Notes: generated by a model from the sequence alone, not told the origin. A stretch of DNA of 64,000 nt from Eledone cirrhosa (GCA_964016885.1 OZ024752.1:50034001-50098000), one strand, 5' to 3'. Counted from the first letter of the stretch, positions 31,123-45,495 are shown. A program made the numbers and translations.

Positions 31123-31693
31123 ACCTCATTTCTCCACTCCTCCCCCCCCCCCTCTTTCTCTGTGATATTTGAATCTGCTATGATTGGGGCTTACTTCATT
31201 CATATATATGTGATTTTGCATGTCAGATTCAAACTTACAATGATTGGCATTCATCGTCATCATCATCATCGTTTAACGTCCATCTTCCACGCTCGCATGG
31301 GTTAGACAGTTTTGTTCCATTTGATGCAGAGACCATGTCTCGCTCGCTCGGAAGCGTCTCTGGCAGGTTTTTTTACAGCTGGATGCCCTTCCTAACACCA
31401 ACCACATTTACAGTGTGGACTGGGAGCCTTTTCACTGTGTCTCCTACACGGCCACCTTACAGTGTGGACTGTTGTGTCATCAACACTGTGGACAGAGTGG
31501 GAGAGGGAGGATAGGGTAGGGTGTGGCGGTGGGGTGTACATTGGGTTAAGAGGTGCCTATTAACTGTAGGTGTGTATGCAATGGTAGTCGGGTCTTCTGT
31601 ACAACTGCATGGCACCAAAGGTCTCGATCCAGTGTCATTGTCTTAGAGAGGTGTAGGTGGACAAAGCATTATATATATATATATATATATATA

Positions 31694-31770
<77 letters not shown>

Positions 31771-31794
31771 ATATATATATATATATATATATAT

Positions 31795-31827
<33 letters not shown>

Positions 31828-32375
31828 GCTTTGTCCACCTACACCTCTCTAAGACAATGACACTGGATCGAGACCTTTGGTGCCATGCAGTTGTACAGAA
31901 GATCCGACTACCATTGCATACACACCTACAGTTAATAGGCACCTCTTAACCCAATGTACACCCCACCGCCACACCCTACCCTATCCTCCCTCTCCCACTC
32001 TGTCCACAGTGTTGATGACACAACAGTCCACACTGTAAGGTGGTCGTGTAGGAGACACAGTGAAAAGGCTCCCAGTCCACACTGTAAATGTGGTTGGTGT
32101 TAGGAAGGGCATCCAGCTGTAAAAAAACCTGCCAGAGACGCTTCCGAGCGAGCGAGACATGGTCTCTGCATCAAATGGAACAAAACTGTCTAACCCATGC
32201 GAGCGTGGAAGATGGACGTTAAACGATGATGATGATGACGATGAATGCCAATCATTGTAAGTTTGAATCTGACATGCAAAATCACATATATATGAATGAA
32301 GTAAGCCCCAATCATAGCAGATTCAAATATCACAGAGAGAAAGAGGGGGGGGGGGGAGGAGTTGAGAAATGAGGT
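31123..32375. repeat. About 1.25-kb near-perfect palindrome centred on (TA)n
   Basis: 31123-31670 is the reverse complement of about 31826-32375, with a few substitutions and small indels. Confidence 0.95.
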
Positions 32376-32836
32376 CACCACTTGGTGCTACTGGTAACAT
32401 GTATCCCAGTACAACCTGTCTCATGGTCGGGTCGTTGGCGACTAAACTGGCAACCCCACCAAGGTTTCTTGGTGAGGAGGGTGACTTTGGACATCCTGCA
32501 GGACTAAAAACAAAACCTGTCAAAGGGCAAAGGAGCTCTTAAGAGTCAATGGCCATCCAAAATCACTGGGAGAGATGACTCCTTAGCCTTTGTCAAGGCA
32601 GAATTCTAGGAGAAGGAAAACTCTGATATAACACCTGCAACCCTGATGGTATCCAATGATGTTGACTTGTTCTTCTTTTTGGTAAATATCATCTTGGTTA
32701 AGAGAGTGGGACTGGCTTTGTGCAGTGCCTTTGCTCACTATAAAAGCTTCACGGCACAGGCATTGCTTTATATCTGGAGATCTCTCTGCACTTGCCGTCA
32801 CATGGTACCATGGGCCCAGCACTATGTGTCAATAAT

Positions 32837-33161
<325 letters not shown>

Positions 33162-33245
33162 AAAGGTAAACAGAAATAACAACACAATCAGAACAGTATA
33201 TGGAAGGGATATATTAGGTTAACGCTTGATATAGCAGGAAGAGGG

Positions 33246-33281
33246 TCTTAACGCTTCGGACGCTAGTCCTTCATCAGAAGA
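33246..33281 (-). ncRNA. Minimal type I hammerhead-like motif (GAAA to GAAG lesion)
   Basis: Minus strand UCUU-CUGAUGA-A-GGAC uagc GUCC-GAAG-CGUU-AAGA. Confidence 0.55.
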
Positions 33282-33379
33282 AAGAATGAGAAATAAGATA
33301 GATTGAGGGGACAGGCGGGTTGGAATTGGAAAAAATGTCTTTAGATAATAACAGGTCCATTCACGCTGACATCTCTTGC

Positions 33380-33412
<33 letters not shown>

Positions 33413-34444
33413 GTGTATATATATACCCACACACACACACACACACACGCATGCAATGAGAACCTCCACAACCTCATGTCACTATGGGGCAATGAAATTG
33501 TTCAAACATGAGCTGACACCCTAAAGAGATGTAAGACTAAACAGCAGCCAAGTCATTGCCAATGACTAAGTCAATGATATATACTTTGCCCCAGAGTATA
33601 CTCTACAGTCTTATGCCTATTAGCGTCGTTTGAACCCATGTCATGTTGCATGCATTTTTTAAATTCTATCCTCTGGATTTAGAGCAATGCATTAATAGAA
33701 GAAGAAATAATTTTATATTTTTATTATTTTTAAAGTTTTCAGTAATTTTAATAAACTGAAGTTACATGGGAGTGATTCATGGCTAATTTATAACATTTAC
33801 TCTCAGGTTGTTCAAATAAACAAAATAAAAAAGAAGACCCCCCCAAAAAAGGCAACAACAACAACAACCACCACCACCACAACAACAACAACAACAAGGA
33901 CAATAACAACAAAAGCTCTTGTCTTTTTAAATAAAAAAAATAAAAAATCAACCAAACCAAAGAGCTGTCAATAGCAGATTTTCATTAGTGGAAAGAAATT
34001 TAGAAATAATAATAATAATAATGACAATAATAATAATAATAATAACAACAGCAGTAATGATATATAAACAAATGACAATAAAAATTAAAAAAAACGGGAT
34101 AAACAAAAATAAGATTTAGTAGAATTAAGTAAATAATATTTCTATGAAAGGCATATTTCTCGCTTGCAATATAGAGTTTCCCAATTGTCGCTGAAGACAA
34201 ATGGAATATGATCAGATCTGCGGTGACAAGTTTTATGACTTATAGTCATATACTCACTGAGTAGGACATAAAATAGTGTAGTCTGTCAAAACAGATGCTC
34301 ATTAGAAAAATCATTCTGCTCCAGCAAATAATACAGCAATTCATGTTTTTCTCCATTTGCAGATGCAGACAAGATATTTTCCATGTCTTTTAATTGTTTT
34401 AGATATATATTTAAAAAATAACAACAAATACAAATACAATAATA

Positions 34445-34948
34445 AAACACATACATACATACATACAAATGTATACACATACATACATACACACAAATAT
34501 ATATATATACATACACAAACACACACACATACACACATACATACACAAATATATATATATATGCATACACAAACACACACACAAATGTATACACATACAT
34601 GATAACACAAATATATATATATATACATACACAAACACACACCCATTCTCACACACACAAATGTATACGCATACATACACATATATATATATATATATAT
34701 ATGCATACACAAACACACACACATACACACACACACAAATGTATACACATACATGATAACACAAATATATATATACATACACAAACACACACACATAGAT
34801 ATAGAAAGACAAACACATATACACACACAAACACACACATACATAAACACACACAAACACGTATGTACAAACATACACATACATACATATATACAAACAC
34901 ACACACACACACACAAACACAAACACACAAACACATACATATATACAA

Positions 34949-34979
<31 letters not shown>

Positions 34980-35136
34980 AACACATACATATATACAAAC
35001 ACACACACACACAAACACACACACACAAACACATACATATATACAAACACACACACAAACACACACACACAAACACATACATATATACAAACACACACAC
35101 ACACACAAACACATACATATATACACACACACACAC
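34445..35136. repeat. (CA)n/(TA)n compound microsatellite
   Basis: Direct reading. Confidence 0.9.
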
Positions 35137-35282
35137 AGGGAGAGGAAAAAGAGGCATCATTGGCAAGTGTTTCCTAGTTTAAGATGATATGATATGTGAT
35201 ATCTTAGTAGCGTTATTACCATGAAAATATTGCAGTTGATGAAAAATGATGCTATCAAATTCTTGTGGCGCCATCTAGCTTT

Positions 35283-35925
35283 GAGAGAGGGGGGGGGGGA
35301 GAAGGGAGAGAACAAGAGGGAGGAGGGAATGAGAGATATAAAACGAGAGAGACAGAGAGGGAACGAGAGAGAGAGAAGGGAATGGGAGAGAGAAACAGAG
35401 GGAGAGAAGGGAGAGGAGGGAATGAGAGAGAGAGTACGAGAGAGACAGAGAGGGAACGAGAGAGAGAGAGGAGGGAATGAGAGAGAGAGTACGAGAGAGA
35501 CAGAGAGGGAACGAGAGAGAGAGGAGGGAATGAGAGAGAAAGAACGAAAGAGACAGAGAGGGAATGAGAGAGAGAGGAGGGAATGAGAAAGAGAACGAGA
35601 GAGACAGAGAGGGAACGAGAGAGAGAGAGGAGGGAATGAGAGAGAGAGTATGAGAGAGAGAGGAGGGAATGAGAAAGAGAACGAGAGAGAACGAGAGGGA
35701 ATGAGAGAGAGAGGAAGGGATGAGAGAGAAAGAACGAGAGAGAGAAAGAGGAGGGAATGAGAGAGAGAGAACGAGAGAGACAGAGAGGGAACAAGAGAGA
35801 GAGAGGAGGGAATGAGAAAGAGAACGAGAGAGAACGAGAGGGAATGAGAGAGAGAGGAAGGGATGAGAGAGAAAGAACGAGAGAGAGAGAGAGAAAGAGG
35901 AGGGAATGAGAGGGAGAGAGAAAAG
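35283..35925. repeat. GA-rich degenerate repeat (gagggaatgagagaga)
   Basis: Direct reading. Confidence 0.9.
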
Positions 35926-37157
35926 AAAACATCCTTTTAAGCATTTGTAAATTAGTGTCTTTTTTTTAAATGTATTCTAGTCTGCTAGAAAACTTTGAAT
36001 GTTTTGTAAATAACACAGAAACAGGAAAAAAGCAACAAAAGAAAAGAAAAAACTTCCTGTTAGTGTCTCATATTTTTAAAACAACATGTTTCCAGAAAAA
36101 TGTCTTATTGATAACGTTTTTATACTTCATATTACAATTTAAATAAATGCAATGGCTACTTAATATTTCACCCGACTTAGTTTATGCCATCCAATCTCAA
36201 AAAAAAAAAAGAGAAACACACTGAAAGAAAAAATATATAATATACAAAAAAAAATACAAAATATATACAAAAAAATACCAAAAAAAAATACAAAATATAT
36301 ACAAAAAACATTAAAAAAATACAAAATATATACAAAAAAAATTTTAAAAAAAGAGAATATCATTTCCCCAAAATGAAAGCAATATATCTAATTTATAGCA
36401 AATGAAATATTTTTCATACAACCTTCAGACAAAACCAATTTCAAGGCATAATAAAAGTTAAAAATACTTCTAATTTTTTGATTTTTTTTCTGTGAGGGTT
36501 TTGTGTTTGTTTTTAATTGTTCGAGATATTTCCAATGTAGACACAAAGTCAGATATAAACATCGGTCCTATGATTTGTTAAGATGTTAAAATGGACCTAG
36601 CATATTTGTTTTTTAATTTTTGTTGTTGAAACATGTACAAAAGAAAAACAGACGAAACAACAGCAAATTATAGGCCATTTCTGTTTAACATAGGGAGATA
36701 AAAAAATAGAATTTACTGTTTAAGCATAATTCATTACTCTGTGAGTAAATATGAAAATACATGCATATATACACACAGACACACTCTCACACAGTCGCAG
36801 ACACACACATGCATGTTCACACAAACACTTACATACGCCTACACATATACACACACAAACGCGCGCTCATATACGCACACACTATTGTATGTTTGCTCTA
36901 ACAATGAATGAGCTACATCTTCCCTTTATTTCCCTTCTGTAGATCGGATATTTCCCCCAATAAACCTGTTGTCACTGTCCCCTCCAGAGACATGGGACCA
37001 GCTTTAATATTAAGACTAAGTAGTGTTACTATTAAGACTAGATAGTGTTAGTATTAAGACTAGATATCATTACTATTAAGACTAGGTAGTGTTAGTATTA
37101 CAACTGACCCTGCTTTTATGATTCGAAATTGCTTCATTTAAAGTGTTCATATTTGAA

Positions 37158-37385
37158 GTAACCCTTTAGCATTTACATTACTCTATATTTACTATTACAT
37201 TTTCACAAATAAAGGCTTTACCTCACAATTATCTCACATAATATCGAATCTATCAGATTTTGATATCATTTATTTTGAGAACAATATCTTAACATTAGTA
37301 TGAGCAGCCAATTACAGCCTGTTTGAACAGAAAGAGGTGAGAGAATTCTGGCCGGATATGGTCAGTTTAAATGCTAAAGAGTTAA
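37158..37385. mobile_element. piggyBac-like MITE family 1
   Basis: accctttagcatttac ... aatgctaaagagttaa. Confidence 0.8.
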
Positions 37386-38464
37386 AACCATCTGTCAGAA
37401 TTTTATGTCAGAACATTTTGTTAAGTTATGGTCCAACTTCATAATGTAAAAGTTAAGCTGTATAACTAAATTCTGTCAAAGTACTTCATTACTTTCGAAA
37501 TATATTGAAACGCCTGGGATTTATCTTTCATTAGAAATATGACAACAAAAACAACAAGGTTAAGTAATATTCTTAGCAATATAGTCAAATAATTCTAACC
37601 TGAACTTGTTTCATTAAAGAAATCTCACAAAAATAATTGTCATATATTTTAGTTTAACTGTTCAGAGAAATTGTTGAATGGTGTTATATTAGTCTCCAAT
37701 CTTTCCTTAGCTATAAATATGGACAGTCCATTATGCAGACATTAAAAAATACATTTTTGTTATTAATTTGCAAAACATTTGCTTATAGACTCAAATGACT
37801 AATTATACTTTAGCTTCAACATCATTAAGTTCTTGATCACTTTTATGTTTTTTTTTCTTTTTTCTTTTTTTTCTTTTTTGGTTGTTATCATAAAAAAATA
37901 CTGACAGGACACTCTTTTCTTCTAATTTACTTCAGTTACTAATTAAATACTCTTTAATATAACTGTCCTCTATGATAAGTCAACCATACAAATAGTTCAA
38001 ATAGTCAACTGACCTGCTTAACTACAAAAGTCCTCCAGAAAACCTAACTACTATAAATCCTTTCACACAGACTGCATTGAAAAAAAAAAAAAAAAGCACA
38101 TCACACATCACACATCACGCACATCACTTTTATATGACCATTAATAACAATGAAAAAAAACAACAACAAATAACAACAACAACAACAACAACAATAAAAG
38201 CAACAACAAAAACCAAAACAAAAACAAAATATGAAAGATAAAAAAACATTATCTAAATCATGGCAGTGACATAAAAATATGTTTCTCTGATTTTAAATCA
38301 AATTGTTTATTCACTGACTATTAATGTGAGTTCTTAGTAAATTTACAGACAATTCTTCTCCTCCTTTCAATCTAATATCTCCTGTATATTGAAAAATTAT
38401 AGTATTAAAGCAAAGCTATTCTAGAAAATAGCAGTCACAAATAATGTTAATTACAGCGATAAAC

Positions 38465-38496
<32 letters not shown>

Positions 38497-38497
38497 G

Positions 38498-38583
<86 letters not shown>

Positions 38584-38600
38584 CACATATGTGTGTATAT

Positions 38601-39183
38601 AATAATAATAATAATAATGAAATATTGTGTACAGTGCTCAGGTGCACTACAACTCATCAAAAAGTGTATGTATAGTACATAGGGTAATGTACAAACGTCA
38701 GGAAAATGAACACTGCATGAGTCATGATACACGCATGTGTGCATGCGTATGGAAGGGGTACATCAGGTGTAGTTTTGGCGTATTTCGGGAAGCATGAGTG
38801 TCTTAATGGATGCAGTGTCTCGACAGCTAACAACTGACGCAGGCAGTTTGTTCCATGCTTCAGCAACTCTGAGCGTGAAAAAATGTCTACGAAAGTCATG
38901 GGAGCTGTGCTGTTTTCTGATTTTGTAGGCATGTCCACGTGTGTTAGACACATGGAGATCAAAAAGGTGCTCAGGGTTGTTGTTGGCGAGCTGGTTAATA
39001 ACTTTGTGGGTATTTACCAAATCCATTGCCAGATGTCGGAGCTTCAATGAATCCATGCCCAGGGAAGCAAGGCGTTCAGAGTATGGTAGGTGTCTGGTGG
39101 AGGGTATGCGCTTGGTTTCACGTCTCTGAACAGTTTCCAGGCGGTCAATGTTCTGAGCAAGATAGGGGTTCCAGACTGATGAT
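38601..39183 (-). mobile_element. 5'-truncated CR1-clade LINE 3' end
   Basis: VWNPY...IDRLETVQRR...YSERLASLGM...TRGHAYKI...RRHFFTLRVAEAWNKLP, typical of the CR1 ORF2 C-terminus; (ATT)n tail. Confidence 0.9.
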
Positions 39184-39230
39184 GTTATATATATATATAC
39201 ACACATATGTGTGTATGTATATATATACAC

Positions 39231-39276
<46 letters not shown>

Positions 39277-39379
39277 CAGAGAAGATAGGACAAACACAAA
39301 CAGAGATATGAACTCTACTCTCTAAATATGGATGTAAAAACTAATAATTTTTCTTCCCCTTTTTATTATTCGTATAAAT

Positions 39380-39717
39380 CATCATTCATCATCATCATTT
39401 CATTTTACGTCCACTTTTTCCCTGCTTGCAAGGGTGGGACGGGAACTGATTCTGGCTTGATTTCTACAGCTGGATGCCCTTCCTAACACCAACCTCATTT
39501 ACAGTGAGTGCTGGGTGCTTTTTTGCCGTGGCACCTCCACGACCACTTTGCAGTGGAATGATAGGGACCCCAGTCCCTATCATCTCATTTCCACAGCTGA
39601 GGAAACTGGAGCAATGTGAAATAAAGTGTCTTGCTCAAGGAAACAACACATCACCCGGCCTGAGAATTGAACTCACAACCTTTCGATTGCAAGGCCAATG
39701 CTCTAACCACTAAGCCA
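39380..39717 (-). mobile_element. CORE-SINE with RTE-like tail
   Basis: Reverse complement of about 21950-22285. Confidence 0.9.
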
Positions 39718-39875
39718 TTATGCATATCCCGCAGTTGAAAAAGCATATAATGCTGAAACCGGTATTAATAAACGTGGAAATAACCACTTTATAAATAAAT
39801 AAATGTTTTGATATTATACTGAAAGAATCTCTTCAACATTTTCTACTGAAAAAATCTTTTTCCTCTCTACTATTT

Positions 39876-39944
<69 letters not shown>

Positions 39945-39949
<5 letters not shown>

Positions 39950-40135
39950 GTTTCTACTTTAGGCACAAGGCCAGCAAATTACCCAGTGCATTACTGGTAC
40001 TTTATTTTATCGACCCCGTAAGGATGAAAGGCAAAGTCAACCTCGGCGGGATTTGAACTCAGATCGCAAAGGGACGTAACTATGCTGGAAAGCATGGCGT
40101 CCGACCTTCCACCGATACTGCCAATCCACTGCCCT
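39945..40135 (-). mobile_element. Meta-type SINE
   Basis: Reverse complement of 12398-12587. Confidence 0.9.
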
Positions 40136-40456
40136 TATATATATATAATATATATATATAATATATATGTATATATATATGTGTGTCATAAGATCGATGC
40201 ACTTTTTTATATATCCATACACCACCCATGTCCTAACACCCCACCTCTCACCCATGTCCCTAGATCTACCTCCCCAATCCCCATGCATCTCCCCCAACCT
40301 AGCCTCTTGTCCACACAGTAAAGTGGTCATCTAGGTGTCACGACAAAAAGCACCCAGCCCACACTTTAAAGTCGTCACATTGGTAACATGGCAAAAATTG
40401 CCTAGTCTACACTATAAAGTGGTCATCTAGATGTCATGAAAAAAGCACCCAAATAT

Positions 40457-43006
40457 ATGAGCGGCCAGTTATGGCTGGTTTGAACAGAAAGAAGTGAGAG
40501 AAATCTGGCTGGATATGGCCGGTTTGAACAGAAAGAGGTGAGAGAAATCTGGCTGGATATGGCCGGTTTGAACAGAAAGAAGTGAGAGAATTCTGGCTGG
40601 ATATGGCCGGTTTGAACAGAAAGAGGTGAGAGAATTCTGGCTGGATGTGGCCGGTTTGAACAGAAAGAGGTGAGAGAATTCTGGCTGGATGTGGCCGGTT
40701 TGAATAGAAAGAGGTGAGAGAAATCTGGCTGGATGTGGCCGGTTTGAACAGAAAGAAGTGAGAGAAATCTGGCTGGATGTGGCCGGTTTGAACAGAAAGA
40801 AGTGAGAGAAATCTGGCTGCATATGGCTGGTTTGAACAGAAAGAGGTGAGAGAAATCTGGCTGGATATGGCCGGTTTGAACAGAAAGAAGTGAGAGAAAT
40901 CTGGCTGGATGTGGCCGGTTTGAACAGAAAGAAGTGAGAGAATTCTGGCTGGATATGGCCGGTTTGAATAGAAAGAAGTGAGAGAAATCTGGCTGGATGT
41001 GGCCGGTTTGAACAGAAAGAAGTGAGAGAAATCTGGCTGGATGTGGCCGGTTTGAACAGAAAGAAGTGAGAGAATTCTGGCTGGATATGGCCGGTTTGAA
41101 CAGAAAGAGGTGAGAGAAATCTGGCTGGATGTGGCCGGTTTGAACAGAAAGAAGTGAGAGAATTCTGGCTGGATATGGCCGGTTTGAATAGAAAGAAGTG
41201 AGAGAAATCTGGCTGGATGTGGCCGGTTTGAACAGAAAGAAGTGAGAGAAATCTGGCTGGATGTGGCCGGTTTGAACAGAAAGAAGTGAGAGAAATCTGG
41301 CTGGATGTGGCCGGTTTGAACAGAAAGAGGTGAGAGAAATCTGGCTGGATGTGGCCGGTTTGAACAGAAAGAAGTGAGAGAATTCTGGCTGGATATGGCC
41401 GGTTTGAACAGAAAGAGGTGAGAGAAATCTGGCTGGATGTGGCCGGTTTGAACAGAAAGAGGTGAGAGAATTCTGGCTGGATATGGCTGGTTTGAACAGA
41501 AAGAGGTGAGAGAATTCTGGCTGGATATGGCCGGTTTGAACAGAAAGAGGTGAGAGAATTCTGGCTGGATATGGCCGGTTTGAACAGAAAGAGGTGAGAG
41601 AATTCTGGCTGGATATGGCCGGTTTGAACAGAAAGAGGTGAGAGAAATCTGGCTGGATGTGGCCGGTTTGAATAGAAAGAGGTGAGAGAATTCTGGCTGG
41701 ATATGGCCGGTTTGAATAGAAAGAGGTGAGAGAATTCTGGCTGGATGTGGCCGGTTTGAACAGAAAGAGGTGAGAGAATTCTGGCTGGATATGGCCGGTT
41801 TGAACAGAAAGAGGTGAGAGAAATCTGGCTGGATGTGGCCGGTTTGAACAGAAAGAGGTGAGAGAAATCTGGCTGGATGTGGCCGGTTTGAACAGAAAGA
41901 AGTGAGAGAATTCTGGCTGGATATGGCCGGTTTGAACAGAAAGAAGTGAGAGAAATCTGGCTGGATATGGCCGGTTTGAACAGAAAGAGGTGAGAGAAAT
42001 CTGGCTGGATGTGGCCGGTTTGAACAGAAAGAGGTGAGAGAATTCTGGCTGGATGTGGCCGGTTTGAATAGAAAGAGGTGAGAGAATTCTGGCTGGATAT
42101 GGCCGGTTTGAATAGAAAGAGGTGAGAGAATTCTGGCTGGATGTGGCCGGTTTGAACAGAAAGAGGTGAGAGAATTCTGGCTGGATGTGGCCGGTTTGAA
42201 TAGAAAGAGGTGAGAGAATTCTGGCTGGATATGGCCGGTTTGAATAGAAAGAGGTGAGAGAAATCTGGCTGGATGTGGCCGGTTTGAATAGAAAGAGGTG
42301 AGAGAATTCTGGCTGGATATGGCCGGTTTGAACAGAAAGAGGTGAGAGAATTCTGGCTGGATATGGCCGGTTTGAACAGAAAGAGGTGAGAGAAATCTGG
42401 CTGGATGTGGCCGGTTTGAATAGAAAGAGGTGAGAGAATTCTGGCTGGATATGGCCGGTTTGAACAGAAAGAGGTGAGAGAATTCTGGCTGGATATGGCC
42501 GGTTTGAACAGAAAGAGGTGAGAGAATTCTGGCTGGATATGGCCAGTTTGAACAGAAAGAGGTGAGAGAAATCTGGCTGGATATGGCTGGTTTGAACAGA
42601 AAGAGGTGAGAGAATTCTGGCTGGATATGGCTGGTTTGAACAGAAAGAGGTGAGAGAATTCTGGCTGGATATGGCCGGTTTGAACAGAAAGAGGTGAGAG
42701 AATTCTGGCTGGATATAGCCGGTTTGAACAGAAAGAGGTGAGAGAAATCTGGCTGGATATGGCCGGTTTGAACAGAAAGAGGTGAGAGAATTCTGGCTGG
42801 ATATGGCCGGTTTGAACAGAAAGAAGTGAGAGAATTCTGGCTGGATATGGCCGGTTTGAACAGAAAGAGGTGAGAGAATTCTGGCTGGATATGGCTGGTT
42901 TGAACAGAAAGAGGTGAGAGAAATCTGGCTGGATATGGCCGGTTTGAACAGAAAGAGGTGAGAGAAATCTGGCTGGATGTTGCCGGTTTAAATGCTAAAG
43001 GGTTAA
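40457..43006 (+). repeat. 44-bp minisatellite, about 57 copies, expanded inside the right end of MITE family 1
   Basis: Unit ggccggtttgaacagaaagaggtgagagaattctggctggatat; array ends in the TIR aatgctaaagggttaa. Confidence 0.95.
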
Positions 43007-44148
43007 AGTCATATTAAAATTTGCCAAACAAACCCTACTGCGCCATAGTGATCTCTGATTTATGCACAAGGCCAACCATTTGGGTGAGAGGGGAAAGTCA
43101 ATTAAATCAACCCCAGTGCATTACTGGTATTCTATTTTATGGACACCGTAAGGATGAAAGTCAAAGTCAGCGTTCGCAGGACCTGAACTCAGAATATAAA
43201 GGGAATATAAAGCCAAAACTCTATGCTGCCAAGCATGTTGTCCAAACCACTCCACTGGTTCCACCAATCCGCAAATTGTAACATAATGGAAAAACAAAGC
43301 AATTTAAGATTTAACAATGAAATTTTTCAAAACTTCTATCAAACGTGTCTCCATTATATAAAGCCTTTAACAGTTGAATATTTTAAAAAAACTAGAGAGA
43401 AAATAGATGTGATAAGTTGATTGTTTAATATGGCTTAAAATACTTTAATCAAAGTCATTTTAACATAGATGATGATGATCCCATTTTTCCTATATCATCT
43501 TTGTTTATCTTATTACTGATCTTTAACCCAGATAATTTAGTCATAAAGCTTGAACCAACATATTATTTGAAGTATCAATATATCTAAATCAGTTACAATT
43601 TTAACTTGGCTGACCTATTACACAACCCAGGTGCAATGAAGCAAAGTTTAAGTTAGTCACTAACAGTTAATATCTCCCATAGATAATAGGTAAACTCTCT
43701 TCTGATGCATATCATTATATATTTTTTAAATGTAAAGATAAATTAATATTTTATGATTTTCACTGGCTTATATCAATAATTTATTCACAAAAATTATAGA
43801 TTGTTCTTTGAAGTCCATTTATAGATCAATGGAGATTGACTACAAATTCAATTTTTATCAGCTATGTCTAATTTCACAAACATGGTAATGCAAGCAAAAA
43901 AAAAAAAAAAAGATATTGTCTCTTCCTTTTACCCCCCCCCCCACCCCCCACCCTGTATATATACATGCCACTATCATTAAAAACATTTAAAGAATGTTTT
44001 GGTTTTATAACACATTTGTGACGTATATGACCCAAGCAGTATATATTTAATATTTTCATTACCATATCTCGCATAAATAACAAACACTACCTATCGTTTA
44101 CAAATCATTTTGAAAATAATTAAGAATTTCAAGGGATTTATCTACATA

Positions 44149-44400
44149 AACCCTTTCGTTACTATATTTTTAAGAGAAAATACTGACTATGATTTTCAAA
44201 TAATTTCCGAAAATAATTTACAATTTGGAGGGATTTAGTAATGTAACTTTCTCAGTATTAAACTAGTATTTGGAGCATAATTTAATAAAATTTCTTACAT
44301 AAAATTATGATGAAAGGTTTTTAGGTAAATATAAACACTTTAAAACAAATAGTTTTGTAATGAGGGATATTTCCATGTAGCTTGGTATCAAAAAGGTTAA
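44149..44400. mobile_element. piggyBac-like MITE family 2; further copy at about 48647-48890
   Basis: aaccctttcgttac ... ggtatcaaaaaggttaa; internal sequence shared with 48690-48830. Confidence 0.65.
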
Positions 44401-44499
44401 ACTGTTTATTACATACTATGTAACATCTGTGAGCATCACACCACCATTGCCAATATACAGGCAGTCCTACATTTATATTCCAAATGATAATGTCTATGT

Positions 44500-44652
44500 C
44501 TAAGGCAGGTAAAATTGCCGAGATCCATGGACGAGTTCTCTCCAGTGCTCGCTGTCCCTCATCATCGCTGCCATGTCCTGCGTCTCCAAGAGACCAGTGT
44601 CTGTCTGTCCTTAGAGTATCAACATATATTTACCTCGGTCTTCCTCTTCCAG
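44500..44652 (-). mobile_element. Decayed RTE 3' fragment
   Basis: Reverse complement gives GRGRPR*IYVDTL..., RTE C-terminal style. Confidence 0.5.
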
Positions 44653-45112
44653 TACGAAATTATAAATACATTAAACGAAAGTAATTTAAAAAATGTAAAT
44701 AAAGTAAATGTTGACCCCATTGCTGAATATATTTTGGGGTGGATTTTCAAAAAGTTATCTGTGAACCTTGCAATAAAAATACATTGACTGCCCGGTAACT
44801 TATGACTCACCCTGTGTATTTTCAATTTGTAGAATATCATTCTGGTTAGTAATATTAATACTCTCAGCTGCACTAATATATAATAATTAACTAATTATTA
44901 TATATTAGTGCAGAGCTATTGCCATCCCTTCCCCTTCCCGATCTGTTTCTTCTTTTTTTCTCTATATTTTTTTTTCTATATTTCCCTCTTCTTTCTTTCA
45001 TTTTGTTTCCCCTTCTTTTTTATTATTTCTATATTGATAATAAACATGTATTAATTGATTAATTAAAAAAATTAATTAATTAATTAATTAACTGGGAAAC
45101 AGTTGTAAATAC

Positions 45113-45219
45113 CTTTTCTTGTTCTCTTTCCAGTCTTTTCGATACAGCTCTTAGTTCATCGTGAATGTTCTCATATATGTCTAGCATGATATAATCATCA
45201 TCCATGTTTGCTACAGCCT
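45113..45219 (-). CDS. KIF17: Internal coding exon of a kinesin-2 KIF17/OSM-3-like gene (stalk)
   Basis: ctatttcAG acceptor and GTattt donor; 107 bp encoding (E)AVANMDDDYIMLDIYENIHDELRAVSKRLEREQEK; in phase with exon 49767-49882; resembles recalled KIF17 LLNVYDSIQEEVRAKSKLLEK. Confidence 0.85.
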
Positions 45220-45260
45220 CTGAAATAGATTTCATTGACTATATATATACATATACTTTA

Positions 45261-45312
<52 letters not shown>

Positions 45313-45495
45313 TCACACACATATACATATATATATATAGAGAGAGATATATATATATAAATATAATTTCAGTGAGATCGAATTTCGGCAGTGGTCAAAA
45401 ACAAAGCGAAACGCAATTTTCGAGATATGCGGCAAGTGCTCAATGGACTAAAAGAAGACCAGAGCAATAAACATAGGTTATAGAGACCAAAGAAA

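Noticed and set aside
36914-36962. Minus-strand LGEISDLQK resembling the expected next KIF17 exon (EIxDLQ)
   Set aside because: Followed by non-matching residues and a stop; no convincing acceptor
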